Shown here piece by piece: positions 1 to 13,199 of a stretch of 64,000 bases of DNA. Positions within the stretch are counted from its first letter, which is position 1, and each line of letters starts with the position of its first letter. The translations under genes were made by a program, and so were the position numbers. Under the pieces are notes generated by a model, which worked only from the letters and a program-made list of their open reading frames with translations, did no database searches and was not told where the DNA came from. This stretch comes from Geosiphon pyriformis uo1 (taxonomy: Eukaryota; Fungi; Glomeromycota): assembly GCA_016748015.1 (NCBI GenBank), contig JAAOMT010000647.1:308668-372667 (forward strand), written 5' to 3'.

Positions 1-3000
1 AGCCACTCGTTCATTACATACTAGTACACCTTCACCTTTGAATTCGGCAGTGATTCCTTCCGATTGTAGAACGCGCTTCAACTCGGTTAATTTCACTTCG
101 CCAACAAATACTGGTTGATGACTACCGGCTTCTTCGGTTTTCACTACGTCTAGTAGAGTAAAATCAGAATCTACTGGGATATGAATTCTTCCAGTTACGT
201 AAGCCAGATCGTAATCTTCTAACTGAATATCATATTTATTAAATTATTGTCAAAAATACCAAATTACAGGTAAAATGATAATGTATAACAGTATGAAAAA
301 TCAATTCCAAAAGTCTTTGAACAATTTTTCCTACCTTGGAAAATTTTAACGAACTAACCAAGGCGTCGGTCAACTTCATTGAATAAAATTTGATCTCTGC
401 GGAAACGTTCAGCTTCTCACTAATAGTTGGGGTGAAAATGTCTCGGGTCATGGACTCGATTGCTAGGCAACTTTGTGCAAAATCATTAGTCGCCTCTGGA
501 GAAGCATGTATGATAATCTCAAATATCAATTTCAAGAAAGAGAGTGAATACGTATCATTCATATTAATTAAGGAGATCAAATTAAGAACAAACAGAAGCT
601 ATTATAATAGCTCTCACCAATTTACGAGGTTGAACTTGTGGCACTATAGTCTTTATAGAGCGTCCATCATTTGTGCCTTCAAGATCAATAAATTGTATCC
701 GACATTGGAACTCAACATCTTGATTATAGGATATGTATTTAGTGGGTAAGTTGGTTTCCGATCCATTGTTTGTCGGGTCGTCTTTTTCATTCTATTTAAT
801 AAGAGCTGTACAGTCAATAAACTATTGAAAGGCAAAATATCTCTTTAGTATACTGATTTAGGAAAACATACATCTCCAACATCACTGCCCTCTCTTCCTT
901 TGCCATCCTCAACGATATCCATCATAGTTGAACCCTTCAAGAAAGACTCTGCTAGAATAACCTCTCCATAATCATCAAATCGCTTCCTTTTTTCAACATA
1001 AGGAAACATTCGATAACTTTGTGTCTGTTTAAAAAATCCGCCAGACTTTGTTGCATCCTTTACGTATAAGTCAAATTGTGTCGATAGTAATTCTTCCATA
1101 TCATCGTCGTCAACTTCATCGGACTCTGATAGATCTGATTCGTCTTCTTCCATTATCATTTTTGATTTTGCAAGTAATGCAGCTTTGGCTGCTTCTCGTT
1201 CTTGTCTTGTACGCTGTTCGGCGTTATACTCTAATAATTCAGTACCTTCTAATGGAACTTTTTTTCGAATCTAATCAAAATTGGACAATAAATCTATGAA
1301 AACTTTGGAATCAAATAGAATAAACGATCGAGAAAAAATATCCTTACCAAAAGTTTTATTGTCATATTCAAATTTATAGCTGGTTTTACAATAACTGATT
1401 GTTGAGGCTGACTTGGAGGATCGACATCATTCAAACTTGCGACTACTTCCGATGAGATTTCTTCCCATTTCGTGTATAAGTGTTTTGCTAATGAATTTGG
1501 AGGACCTCTATCTGTGAGTATAATTATATTTTTTTTTATGGTACACCATTCCAATAATAGGTCACGTGCATAGCCAGTCTCCAGGCTGAGATTGCTGGCG
1601 AGCACAACTTTTGGGCCAGGGTACTTTGCAAGATCTTTATATCGGTGGCAAAGTCGTAGATACCTAACAAAAACAAATTCAAGCCAGGCAGTAAAATTTC
1701 ATTACAGATTTAATCAAGTTGAAAAATCACGATGAGGTTATGGTTTTTCTGGACTTTGTCGTATAAAACGCAAAAGCCCAGACTTTTATTGAATTATTGT
1801 AGTGAAGCTTTGATATAATATGACAACATAAAACTAACCTAAACTCAAAAGGGTTTTCCCTTGAGGTATCAAATTGTCTATTGATTGAATCACCCATCCA
1901 TTCAAGCATACTCTTTGCGTACTGAAGTGTACGATAACTCTGGTGAGTCATTAGTATTAAAGGGAAAGAAATATGATTGAAAGCCCAATGTTGATCCAAA
2001 AGATAGGTCAGTTCCAATACACGAGCTGATGAATCCGTTGGTAGCAAAACATTTCCATCGTTTTGCAATGTTTGGATTATTGTTTCTCAGGAAAGGAAAT
2101 GAGTGATTTCGTCAGTCAATAGTGAATATAAAGGCAGGCAGGTATTGAAATCAAAATTTTTTCTTATCATTACATACCAAATAATGCATTATCCCGAAGC
2201 TTCCTTGGAGGATGAATATTGAGGGAATTATAGGCGTCGGTGATCATTAATGAAGGTCTACTTAAAGTCTCCAAAACTTCTCCGTTGACGTGCAAAACTG
2301 TACCGTCTAAATGTCTATACTTGAGCTTAGGAGTTGAGAAAGGGAAGGAGTTTGAAATCATCCAGTTACAGAACAAACCTTTCTTTTTTGTGGTTATAAT
2401 CGACAGCATAAACAATTTCTTCGGTGTCTTTTTTGATCTTCCAAATTGTCCCGCCAATTGTATGTCCAGCTGAATAAGCAGTAATTGTGATTCCTTGACA
2501 TTTCCCTTGAGGGAAAATCATAAAATATTTTTATTAAAAAAAAAAATAAACGTCGAAGGGACACGTATCTGAAGATATACCTGTTAATGCAGTGGGTTGA
2601 GAATATTTCAGAGCAGTCACTTTCTCAAACACAGCATCAACATTATCCAAGGCAAAAGTGTCAAATTCTTCTTCATTAACCTTGGATTGATAGAGATCAT
2701 ACATGCACATTCTACCCATATGAACTACAGGAACAGTCGCGTAGATTGGGCAGCTAAGTCCAAAGTGAGCATATGCGTGTGGAAGGGCCCCTAAATGGGA
2801 CAAATCTGGGTGACTAAGTAACAAAACATCAACCTGTTTCGATACCCTAGGAAATGAAGAGGTTTCTTTTGCCATTAGAAACTCACTAGAAGCATATAAT
2901 TTCTTGAAATCAAACGCAGATACCTTCTTAAATTTTTGAGATCTTCCAAGTCAAAGTGATCGTTCCAACCACAGTCAAGCATGATTTTCACATTTTCGTC

Positions 3001-3066
3001 TATATCAATGAGGTAACATAGTGCTTCTTCATTTTGAGCTCCTGATATAGCTTGAAAAACAATCAT
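1..3066 (-). CDS. CFT2: Cleavage and polyadenylation specificity factor subunit 2 (CPSF100/Cft2); at least 10 exons; 3' end runs off the window start
   Basis: Spliced translation gives [102 protein letters not shown] and [15 protein letters not shown], the MBL/beta-CASP motifs typical of CPSF2. GT-AG introns join the ORF fragments. Confidence 0.95.
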
Positions 3067-3196
3067 CTTTTAAGGTATTCAAGACAAAAAACGGTTGAAG
3101 AAAGTTGTATTAATAGAATTTTGTTCCCAGAAGCATTGATTGGATAAATTCATCACTGATATGATGTCACTAGAATGTCACTTGATTAAAGTCGCG

Positions 3197-3202
3197 ACGC
3201 GT
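3197..3202. promoter_or_regulatory. MCB-like element (ACGCGT, within GTCGCGACGCGT) in the ~210 bp divergent promoter between CFT2 and the 3276 gene
   Basis: Exact MluI cell-cycle box plus an overlapping CGCG in an otherwise CG-poor intergenic region. Confidence 0.4.
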
Positions 3203-3275
3203 TTTGCTCAGTCTCATAAAGCGTCATGATAATTGACAAACCCCTTTTACCAGCCTACCTATTGACGAAAATCAG

Positions 3276-3950
3276 ATGTTCTTCCAAGATAAAGCCATAA
3301 AGTTCGGTAAAACCACAAGGTTCCACTCAACTAAGTACCTTCGCAGGGAAGATTTCACCAATAAACGGAACGACCTTGATGAAAACAAAGAAAACATTAA
3401 ACCATGTGACTTTTTACCTCCACCCGTCGATAAAGCCTTATATAATTATCGCGGTAGTATGAGGCGTCGAAAAGTATTAGCCGAGATCGATATATCAGAA
3501 TTGTACGAAAGCTACAGCAACCCAAGCCAATTTCTTTTCTTTCCACTACAACAACAACAACATTTAAATAGCCGAAGGAAGAAAACTGGATTAAAGAAAA
3601 AAGGAGCTACATTGAAAAAAAAAGTTCCTCTTGAGAAACGTGAAGAAGGCGAAACTTCTCCGGTGACTAAGACTCCACCAGCTACGGCAACTCCTTTAAA
3701 ACCGCCTACTGAGGCCTCTTTCACTATCTGGGAAGATCCAAATCTCGAGAATGAATCTCAGAATGAATCTCAAAATGTATATGATAATGACCTTTCTGCT
3801 GACGAAGAGTTTCAAGAGAATGATAAACCAGCCGGATCTTTTGATTCGCCATTTCTTCGTCGCCTTCGTGCAGCAATCCTTGAGAAAGATGAGGATGATG
3901 ATGATGATGATGACAAAAAAGCCGTCCCATCTACTTATGACCTGTTTTAA
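3276..3950 (+). CDS. Intronless 224-aa disordered protein with KEN box, D-box and ABBA-like motif; putative APC/C substrate or inhibitor
   Basis: DENKENIKP (KENxxP, aa 38-43), RKVLAEI (RxxL, aa 65-71), FTIWED, clustered S/T-P sites, a basic NLS-like stretch and an acidic tail. Confidence 0.7.
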   Translation: MFFQDKAIKFGKTTRFHSTKYLRREDFTNKRNDLDENKENIKPCDFLPPPVDKALYNYRGSMRRRKVLAEIDISELYESYSNPSQFLFFPLQQQQHLNSRRKKTGLKKKGATLKKKVPLEKREEGETSPVTKTPPATATPLKPPTEASFTIWEDPNLENESQNESQNVYDNDLSADEEFQENDKPAGSFDSPFLRRLRAAILEKDEDDDDDDDKKAVPSTYDLF

Positions 3951-4759
3951 TTATGGAACTTGCCAAGAGTTTGAACCTTCGTTGAATTAAGCATCCTTAC
4001 TTATTTCATAGTCGGTCAATTCATCTTGGAGAAAATTTAAAAATTTTCCTTTTTCTCGCGAAAAAGATGTCTAATAAACCTTTGTAACAATGTCTTTATT
4101 TCGCAAAAAATGATATTCGGTTTGATATTGTACGCTAATGTACATTATGCACGCATTCATTTCCTAATCCCTAAATTATCAAAACTCGTTAACAGCCACC
4201 GGCTGGTCACTTGGTTAGAATAGATATGATCACTAAAGATGGAGTTTATTTCAAACGAGACATTAAAGTACATCAAAACTTCCAATATTTTGTGGTTAGA
4301 TTCCAAGGGTGTTTGGGTTTCCACAGATTTTGGGATTGTTTGGAGTCAATCGAGGTCAGCGGCTCTTAATATGAGCCTTCACAACAGTGCTTTAATTAAA
4401 AATCAGTTACGAGTAATTGAAAAAAAATAAAAATAATTAAAACTTTACAACAAGTAAAATTGTGAACTTAATCGTCCACGTTATGATGATTGCACAATAT
4501 GTATCAGCCTTTTTTTAAAAGTCGGGGGATATAAAGATAATGAAAAAAGCCATGATCGGTCAATAAAATATTGCATCAACCATGGCTTTATTTCCCAATT
4601 TAAGAGACGAAAAAAAAATAACCGAAATCAAGGGTTACATAAATAGCACTCGCAAAAATTTCAGTTTCAAATTAAATTAAAATGTACATCAAAAAATAAA
4701 ACCTTGCAATTATATGGCTAGTTGAATAAATACTAATAATTTTGGCTCCAAGCTCGAAC

Positions 4760-7700
4760 TTATAGCTCTCCTTTCTTTTGAACCCCTTCAATTTCATCTT
4801 TATCCACCACTTTGTTCATTGACTTATATTCTTGATATTTTTGTTCTTCAGCAATATCTACTAATTTTCTGGCGTGATTTTCAGCTGCCTGAACCAGCCT
4901 TTGTAAATCTTCAATTTGCCAATATATATCATTCAAAGGGGGTGAGCTTGGCGGGAACCTCCGTGAGTTTGACCTGTAGGCAGCAGCTGCGCCGTTTCGG
5001 ACATTATCCTTAGTATTTGGAAAAGAATGATCAAAGAAACCAAAATATTTGTCTTGAGGTCGCCCTTGATCCAAATTTGGGGAATCCTTTGTTTGAGTGT
5101 TCTTTGATGATATCTTGGATTGTGCGGATGACTCAAATGAAGCTGAAAGGGGAGGTGAACCTATATTGGAAGAAGTATCTTGATGTTTCAATTCTTCGTA
5201 TTTTTTTGCTTTCTGGCTGATCCAATCCCAAAGAAGATCGCCTTGACTATTGATACGATCATCAAAAATATCGGAAAATTCCCTCAACTTCTGTGACTCA
5301 TAAAGAACATCACCAGGTCTCCAATCTCCTAATCGGGTTCCAGAAGTTCCACGAGTTTCTTTTTGAATCTCCTCAAGTTTATAAGAAATATCCATCAACC
5401 GCACCCATATATAGGTATTGGCAAAACCCATAAATATCAAGACAAAGAGAAGGAATGAATTCGTTGATGGGAAGGAAAAATTCTCAACCAGTGAAGTCAT
5501 GATTGAATACAGAGCACCGATTAATTCACCCAAAGCATCACTGAACCCGGCTGTCTGGGCCCGATCGATGATTGATTTGGCATCCTCTTCACTGGATTCA
5601 CCGGAGATTCCTCTACTTCTAATTTCCTCTTCATCCTCAACCTCCTGAGCTCCGTCATCAAGCGGATTTTCATCAGGTTGACGAACAGGAGACCTAAGTT
5701 CATCTTGAAATTCGGTCGGATGGGAGGCAATATATTTTTGGATTGCATGAGCAAGTGATTTATGATACTTTATCTGGCCGTCAAGAGCTGCCTTTTCAAT
5801 GGTGCCTATTGAAAATTGCCAGTTTTAGAGGAATCAATTAAAACCCATTATATAAAGTATCCGAATACAAAAAAATAAATTGATCAATCAGCAAAGGTAG
5901 ATTAAAAAATGTGGGGAAGATAATCACCTTTAAGCCAACTTGATTTTGTAAATTCCACGGCACAAGTTACGATAACTCGTGCCTCATTTACTCCTGCCCA
6001 CATTATACAAGTCCTTGTCTTCACGCTAAAACTGCTACCAGATGGCACATCAGGGGTAGTTGTGGTTGTAAGGTTGGTAACGTAACTAAATTTGTTAGGC
6101 CGAAAAATGTGAATATTAGGAATACAAGAATATTGAACCCATATTATGCCAATATAGTACTCATACATTTCAAAATCTCGATGCAAACATTGATCCTTTA
6201 GGTAGCACTTGGTACTCCTTGGACCTATAAATTTTCAAGGTATCATTAGAGTTTATCCTTTTGGATAGACTGAATTCTTCGACATTTATTGTAAATACCG
6301 ATAGCATTATTCAACGGTTTAATATAACTTGATGTGCGAGTTAGCTTTTTGTTTGGCTCGGAGACCCATTCACCAATGTTCACGTCTAATCGTTAGAAAT
6401 TGAATATTTGTATTTATAAGATAATTAAAGGAGAATCATAAATTGTAAAATCACCAATGCATTTTTCCTGTTCAACGAGAAATCGTCTTATAAAACCACT
6501 GGTAAATAAGAGGTTATAGATCTTTTCAACGCTGCCGGTGAATTTTGTATCCAGCGCGATGGTGTTATAATGTTTTTGATTCTTCAGGCAAGCACATTGG
6601 GTAGGATGGCGTAGGCGCTTCTTCAAGTTTGCATTAATTTTAGGAGCATTACGAGTTTTGGAAGGTGATCGACCATGTGAGGGATTTACGTCAACTTCTG
6701 AATAAATAGGCGAGTCAGAAAGGTTGGCAACATCACTTATTGGTCTTGGTTCAGATTCAGTCGTTGACTTTGATTTTAATTGATTATATTTTTTCTCATG
6801 AATCTGTTGTGAATCACCTTTTACTGATTCTTCCAAATTTAGTTGTGTGTCAGGATCACTCTCTACACTCTCTTTTTGCTCTTCATCTTTATTTTCGTGT
6901 TCTTGAGAATGATCTCCTAGTATATGTTTTAGCGGGTCGAGCGATAATTTTGGAAGGACAAATTTTTTGTTGCGTTTGCTTTTACGTTTGCCTAGTCGAG
7001 TTTTTTGGGTTAGGTGAACTTTTTTGTGTGAGACGATTCAATTGTGATAATCGTTTTTTGGACACACATAACTCTTTCGAATCAATCAACTATATAGGAC
7101 GTCGAATAATAATTAAAACCCAGCCCACTTATGATTCTTGTATGCCAAGATGAAGGGGATTTTGGGCTCTCAACTTGACATTTTTTTGGGGATAGCTATT
7201 CCCCAACTCACACCGAACATATCTTTTGCGTAACTCACCTTCATCAGGTTCGCTTTCCTCTGAAGCATCTCCCTCACTTGAATTAGAGATGCTTTTGCCA
7301 TCAAATGATTCCAAAGAAGGTTTTGGTTTGGGGACTGGTCGGGAATGTCGCCACAATTTTGTCAATAAATCATGAACCGTATCACGCGCGAGAAAAGATG
7401 GGAAAAAATGCTATATTAACGATTAAAATGAGAACTATTGAAATTAATCAGATACGAATAAAAGCTGAAGAATTGCAGCTTTCTCATAATATACCTTTGC
7501 GTGTAAAGTAGAAATTAAAATGGCATTCGGAATCACAAATGCCGTCATCCTTTTTTCAATAGCAACTATATCCGTGAATGCTATGACCAGCTGATTTAAA
7601 TCAGAATATTCCAGATTAAAGAAAATTTTAAATTCCAGAAAAGAAAATTTGGAATGTTGTACCTACGTTGGTAACCCAACCAAAGATATTAGCATTGAAA

Positions 7701-8747
7701 CACACATGATTAACAGATATGTACATTCGACCCTGTACGAGTATTTCCTTCTGTAATGCACAACTATAATCTTGAAATAGTCAGAGGTATTATTATAAAA
7801 GAATTAGGGTATAATATAATAGTAACAATATAAAAAAAGAATAAGATAAAAAAATAAGTATTACCATCGATTAAATAATCCTCTTCAGGCACACTACGAA
7901 ATAATGCATGAAATTCCTTGTTCCTTTGAGGTCTAGCAGGTGAATGTCCAGGGATAGGAGGAGGTTGATGGAAGTCGGACAATTCTGAAGCATCTTCATT
8001 ATTACCAGTACTATTATTGCTTCTTTTCTTTTTGCGCATTTTTAATGTTGATTTACGAGGTAAACTGAATGTACGTTGATTTTGTGAATCTTGACTAGGA
8101 GATCTTGTCCTATTACCATTTCTGTCATCATTATTAGAAAGATTATCAGACGTAATTTGCCCTTCACCACCACCACCACCACCACCTTTATTTCCACCCT
8201 CCTGAATTTCTTTATTCGCGGCAGTGTCCGGAACCATAGGAGTACCCGGAGAATTAAATTGTCCATCCTTTGATGTAAAATGTTCCATCGTCAAAGATGC
8301 AGCGTTCTGTGGTGAGCCTGACATATCTGTGGCGACAGCTACAGTGGTATCCAGGTTTGTTGTAGCAGAGGAAAGAGACATTCTTTCTTGCCATGAAGAG
8401 GGAGGACTATCTGAGGTACTGTTGTTTTGGCGCAATATTTCATTGCCATTCAGAGGTGGTGTTATTTTAATGAAGGTCTCTGTATTGTTGTTGTTATTAT
8501 TTAATGCTGACAAGCCATGATTTGGGGAGCTTGCCCCCCGTGCCGTAGAATTTTGCTGCGAATCGGCTGAAACATTCGCAGAGGACTGAATATTTGAATC
8601 CTCAGCTTGAAAGTTTTGTGATCTTTGAACGGTTTCTCCCGTTTCTCTCGACCTTGAATCTTCAGTGTCTGAGTTTTGTTTTGAACTCAAAGTATCCATT
8701 ATAGCAGATTGAAAAGCGGAAGCCGCGTTGCTCGCTGCAGATAGCAT
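4760..8747 (-). CDS. LAM/Ysp2-family GRAM + VASt (StARkin) domain membrane-anchored sterol transfer protein, multi-exon
   Basis: GRAM: RNKEFHALFRSVPEEDYLID|YSCALQKEILVQGRMYISVNHVCFNANIFGWVTN and KKMTAFVIPNAILI. VASt: LDTKFTGSVEKIYNLLF, GPRSTKCYL, TTTPDVPSGSSFSVKTRTCIMWAG and VEFTKSSWLK. C-terminal TM segment (FLLFVLIFMGFANTYIWV) followed by a coiled coil. Confidence 0.9.
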
Positions 8748-10990
8748 GGTTTTTATTATTAGTTAATGGTATTAAAAAATCCTCCCGACAGTTGAAGTAT
8801 TTAAAAATGAATTGAAAGAATTTTGATGATGATATTTTCTCCACGTGTGTTAATAGAAAATAAATATTGCGGGAAATATGACCGAAATTAGGTGACGCCG
8901 TAAAATGATTAACAAGAAAATGTCGTAATCCCAAATTAATCTTAGAGCTTCAATGACGCAATGATAAATTGATAAATTCCCACAACTTTTAATTCGCGAA
9001 TTGATTTACCTCATTATCACCATCACCATCACCACCTTCGCCGTGATGTTTAGTGGGTGGAGCGACAAGAAGGGGGCTAAAGACTTTGATACTTCCTCAT
9101 ATTCGTCTTCCGAAAGAGATAAAGAGGAGGAAATAAAGATTCAGAGCTTTAATTTCTATCAAGATAAAACTGATTGTAAAGTTACAAAGTCGTTCGATGC
9201 GATGATTGGATGTTGGGGTTGAGTACTATATGCAAAAATCGTTGACTTCTTTTTTTTAAAGCATTACATAAAACGTGTTGCTTTTGTACCAAGCTTGGTT
9301 TTTTATTTCCTTAGCTTTTTAATTTCAAAAATCCCCTTCATAGTTTTTAGATCATCAACGTGCAAATGAAATTTTAATTAAAAACCGTCATTATTAATTC
9401 AAGATTAGACTTTTACTCCCGCTCGCAATTTTAATATTTAGGGTTAGTTTCTCAAGTAAAAAGTTATTATCGTTATGGTGAACAAAATCCATGCACCCAA
9501 CAATGGGAAGATTTGAAATTCTGTTTCAAAGTTAAGACGAGACCGGATAAAGTTCGTAAAGTAGGTTGATTTTAGATAATAGAAAGGCACGAAACTTATG
9601 CATAACTCTAATCAATATCATTTAAGTTATATTATTATTCCTTCATCTTTCCGTACTCATATTCAACACTTTGAATAGCAACTAGTCCAAGAACGAGAAC
9701 GAGAAAAAGCTGAATGCAAGTATCGAGGCAAAAATTCCTTAGATATATGGGAATTAAGAGAGTTGAGTCTTTTAAGATCATATTATTCATTTAAATCGAA
9801 CCATTTCTTTAATATCTTTTATTCTGGTTATTCATGATTTTTGATCTAGACAACCTCCACCAAATTTTCCACCTGTGTCTGGGTGGGAAACGCTTGATGA
9901 TTCTTCTATCGGATATAATGAGTAACTAGCAGAGACTCCACAATTTGAAAATCTTAATGTCGGTCGTATTTAGAATGCGAAAAAAGTTTAAAAACTAAAA
10001 AATTCTCTTTTGTTCACTAAAAAAAAATATAATATTTCAAATTAGTCTCACTTAATGTTTCAACTTCGCTTAAATAAGCAGTACATTTCACTTCGGAACC
10101 TTAGAAGAAAAACGCTAAAGGCACTGATTCAAAAACGAGAAATTCGTGCCTCAGTTTAACAGTCTGAGTTTATCTAAATTCATGAAGAAGGTAATACAAA
10201 AAGAGTAAGGAAAATGAGTAAAAGAAGTTCAATTTTTAGTCCTGCACGAATTTAAGTGAGGACCTAGTTTGTGAACAAGCAAATATAACAGACCTTATTA
10301 AGTTTAACAAGTTTCAGTGCAGTCTTGCTTTTCTGTGTGTTCCGTTTTCTAGTGAACAGGAATGTTTTTTGTATAACCTAACGACTAGCATTATCATCGT
10401 GCCAAATTTCTTTACTCCTATATCGAACACTTTCATTCAAAGTCTTTGTAATTCAATGACTGGTGGGCAGTTAACATGTACAACCTTATTCTGGATTTGA
10501 GTATCATTTTCTTTACAATTCATTACATCAAATCAAAAGCACAAAATCAAATTACCAATTAATTTTATAATTCCAAAAGAAAATCCAAAGAGAAAACAAA
10601 GATCCTATTTTCTCTGAAGTTACTTGGAATTCGTTGTGAAAGGCTTTTAAACATCATGCCTTCATAAAAACATATTCAGTCTTTGTCTATTGTCCCAAAT
10701 TGCATATGTGGAGAATCAATATGTGTATGACTGATAATAATTTACCAAGCCAAAAGTTGATACGAGATCAAAATAAAAATTTACAAGAATATTGGGAGGA
10801 AGGCCTTTTCACTATAATGAATTACAAGAAAGAATCTGAACCTAATTAGCGATGAATTTTGACATTGTAATGGAAATTTTAAAGAATTTTCAGATCAAAG
10901 AATGAGAAATTATATGTAATGCAATATATTTACCGCCAATATATTTTCACTCCCATAAACCCCACCCCCAAAAAAAAGTCCAATTAAAGA

Positions 10991-12481
10991 TCATTTTTGT
11001 TCGTTGCCTTCATTTTTGGAGCTATCCTTGTGTTTCTTAGACTTGTCTTTTTTCTTTTTCTTTTTTTCTTTGTTCTCGGCTTTCTGATTTGTCATCTCAA
11101 TTCTAATCGACAATTCATCAACTTTCTCTTTAGTCTTTGGAATATATAATTTGTTTTCGTTGAATGAATTGGGCTCAATCCTAGTATCAGACTTCTCTTG
11201 GGCCAGCTCCTTTTCTAGTCTTCTTTTTTTACGTCCCTCTTTCCTCTCCGCTTTAAGCCTTTTCTTTTCTTCTATTGAAATAGACGATTCATCTTCATCT
11301 TTGGATGTTAAAAATAATTCTTTTGTCGTTTTCTTTAATAATGTTGGCTCATTTATTTGGGTTAATGAGTCCTCTTGTTTCATTTTGGATGAAGTCTTTG
11401 TGAATGCCTCATCCTTGAGCTTCTTAGGCGATGAAGGTTTAATGAATTGATCATCTTTGGCTTTCTTTGGTGAAAAATTCAAAACGGAGTCCTCTTTAGA
11501 CTTGAAAATGTATTTAGGAGAGCTTGCCATTGATGAATTTATTTCACCATTGGACGGGTTCTTTGTTTTCTTTTTGGAAGGAGAATTCAATCGATTAAGG
11601 GGTTGTTTTTGTGATGGCTCAGCGTCTAAATTCCCTTTTAATTGGATTTGATGTTCTTGTTTTCCAATCTTTTTATCTTTCTTATCGCTGGAAGTGATGT
11701 TATTTTGGAGTTCTTTTGCATCCTTCGATTCATCAAGGTCAATTATCTCCGGCTTAGGAGGTGAAACATTGAGATACTCATTAAGCGTTCTTTTCAATGA
11801 CTCCTTTGGCGTACCGTTTCCTTTCAGGGTGGTATTTGAACTTGAAGCCGTTACAGGTGAAGGATTTGAACTTAAACTCTCCAACAATTGGTCATCATCT
11901 CCATAACCAATGACTAATATTTTATCATCAACCAAGATATTTTTTTCTTGATATTCTTTATATTCCCGTTGGAATTCTCCCCAATCTCGTTTAAACCGTT
12001 CTTCGTAAGGTCTTTTTTCCTCAGCTGAAAGAGCTTTCCAGAGTGCGGAGATTTCTGCCATTATCCTACGCCCATCCAAATGAGGATTATTTTTTTTGAC
12101 ACTTGAACGTACCTCAGTGCAATAAGATAAAAACGCGTTTGGTGGTTTCTTTGGGATATTTGGATCTCTAGGTTTTTTTGATTTCTCACCGCTTGAAGTT
12201 GCCTTTTTTTTATCTAATTTCACTTGACTATGATTCAGTTGATTGTCTATCATATTGTTGTCAGTAATATTCTTATTCACCTTATTCACTCCAAGGCTAT
12301 TTGACTGTTCCGACTTGTCTGTGACATTTGTAGTATCTGGTTTAACAACACCGATGCCTTTTCGTTGAGCTTTTAATATTTGTGCGGCCAGTGTTAGGGC
12401 ACGTGAGGCAGTCTCCATGAGGCTGGTCGCTTTTTGCATAAGCTCTTGCTGGTTGTTTGTGGGTTCGTTTGAGGAAGTCAT
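10991..12481 (-). CDS. HMG-box chromatin protein (HMGB/Hmo1-like) with a lysine-rich C-terminal tail, 496 aa, intronless
   Basis: KKPRDPNIPKKPPNAFLSYC...EISALWKALSAEEKRPYEERF is an HMGB-type box. The tail reads KEKKKKKKDKSKKHK. Confidence 0.88.
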   Translation of the reverse strand: MTSSNEPTNNQQELMQKATSLMETASRALTLAAQILKAQRKGIGVVKPDTTNVTDKSEQSNSLGVNKVNKNITDNNMIDNQLNHSQVKLDKKKATSSGEKSKKPRDPNIPKKPPNAFLSYCTEVRSSVKKNNPHLDGRRIMAEISALWKALSAEEKRPYEERFKRDWGEFQREYKEYQEKNILVDDKILVIGYGDDDQLLESLSSNPSPVTASSSNTTLKGNGTPKESLKRTLNEYLNVSPPKPEIIDLDESKDAKELQNNITSSDKKDKKIGKQEHQIQLKGNLDAEPSQKQPLNRLNSPSKKKTKNPSNGEINSSMASSPKYIFKSKEDSVLNFSPKKAKDDQFIKPSSPKKLKDEAFTKTSSKMKQEDSLTQINEPTLLKKTTKELFLTSKDEDESSISIEEKKRLKAERKEGRKKRRLEKELAQEKSDTRIEPNSFNENKLYIPKTKEKVDELSIRIEMTNQKAENKEKKKKKKDKSKKHKDSSKNEGNEQK

Positions 12482-13199
12482 CCCAGTAAAATTTGACTAA
12501 ATCGCGAAACTGTAGGAAACCACTTAAGTTATCAGTTAGCAACAGATGACGTTATTGCAGCTATGTACCCTAAATCGTAAGAATTCTCGAATATGACCAA
12601 CATATTTTTTTGATGTGTTTAATAAAAAATACTTGATCTTAATCATATTCGTTTTGAAAATATGATTATTATATTTAAAACATCTGAATTTTAAAATCTG
12701 TTTTTTATTTTATTTATTAAACAAACATTTAATTATTTAATTATTTATTTAAATGTGATTCAACTACATACAATATAATATAATATGCTATATTTTAAGT
12801 ATAAATCATGCATTTTTTATGTAATCAGTCATTCAGAGTTATATTAAGATTACATTTTAATTGCTTTAATATCTAACTTAAATTATTGTTTATCTTAATC
12901 TTAATGGTCTTAAAGCTTTTTAAATCTTTGAACACAAATCTTTTTTTCCAAACCAATAGCTTTGGTTGTATTATATTTATTTTAATTTAAAAAATACCAA
13001 AATTATTGGTAAAATATTTACAATATTCTTAAATGATTAGCCAAAATTTTTTTTTAATTATATAACAAAATAATTAACAATAATTGTTGATATAAATATT
13101 ACTAAATCCAAATTCTAAATTTAAGCTTTTTAAAAAAAACATTTTTTTATTAAATTTAATAATATTAATATTAAAAGTTAACAAAGAACAATACCAAAA

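Noticed and set aside
390-11906. Short antisense ORFs overlapping CFT2, LAM and HMG genes
   Set aside because: Shadow ORFs on the opposite strand or in alternative frames of real exons.
10991-12481. HMG gene as a mating-type (MATA-HMG/Sex) locus
   Set aside because: The box is HMGB/Nhp6-like (RDPNxPKKP) and the neighbours are not the known sex-locus flanking genes.
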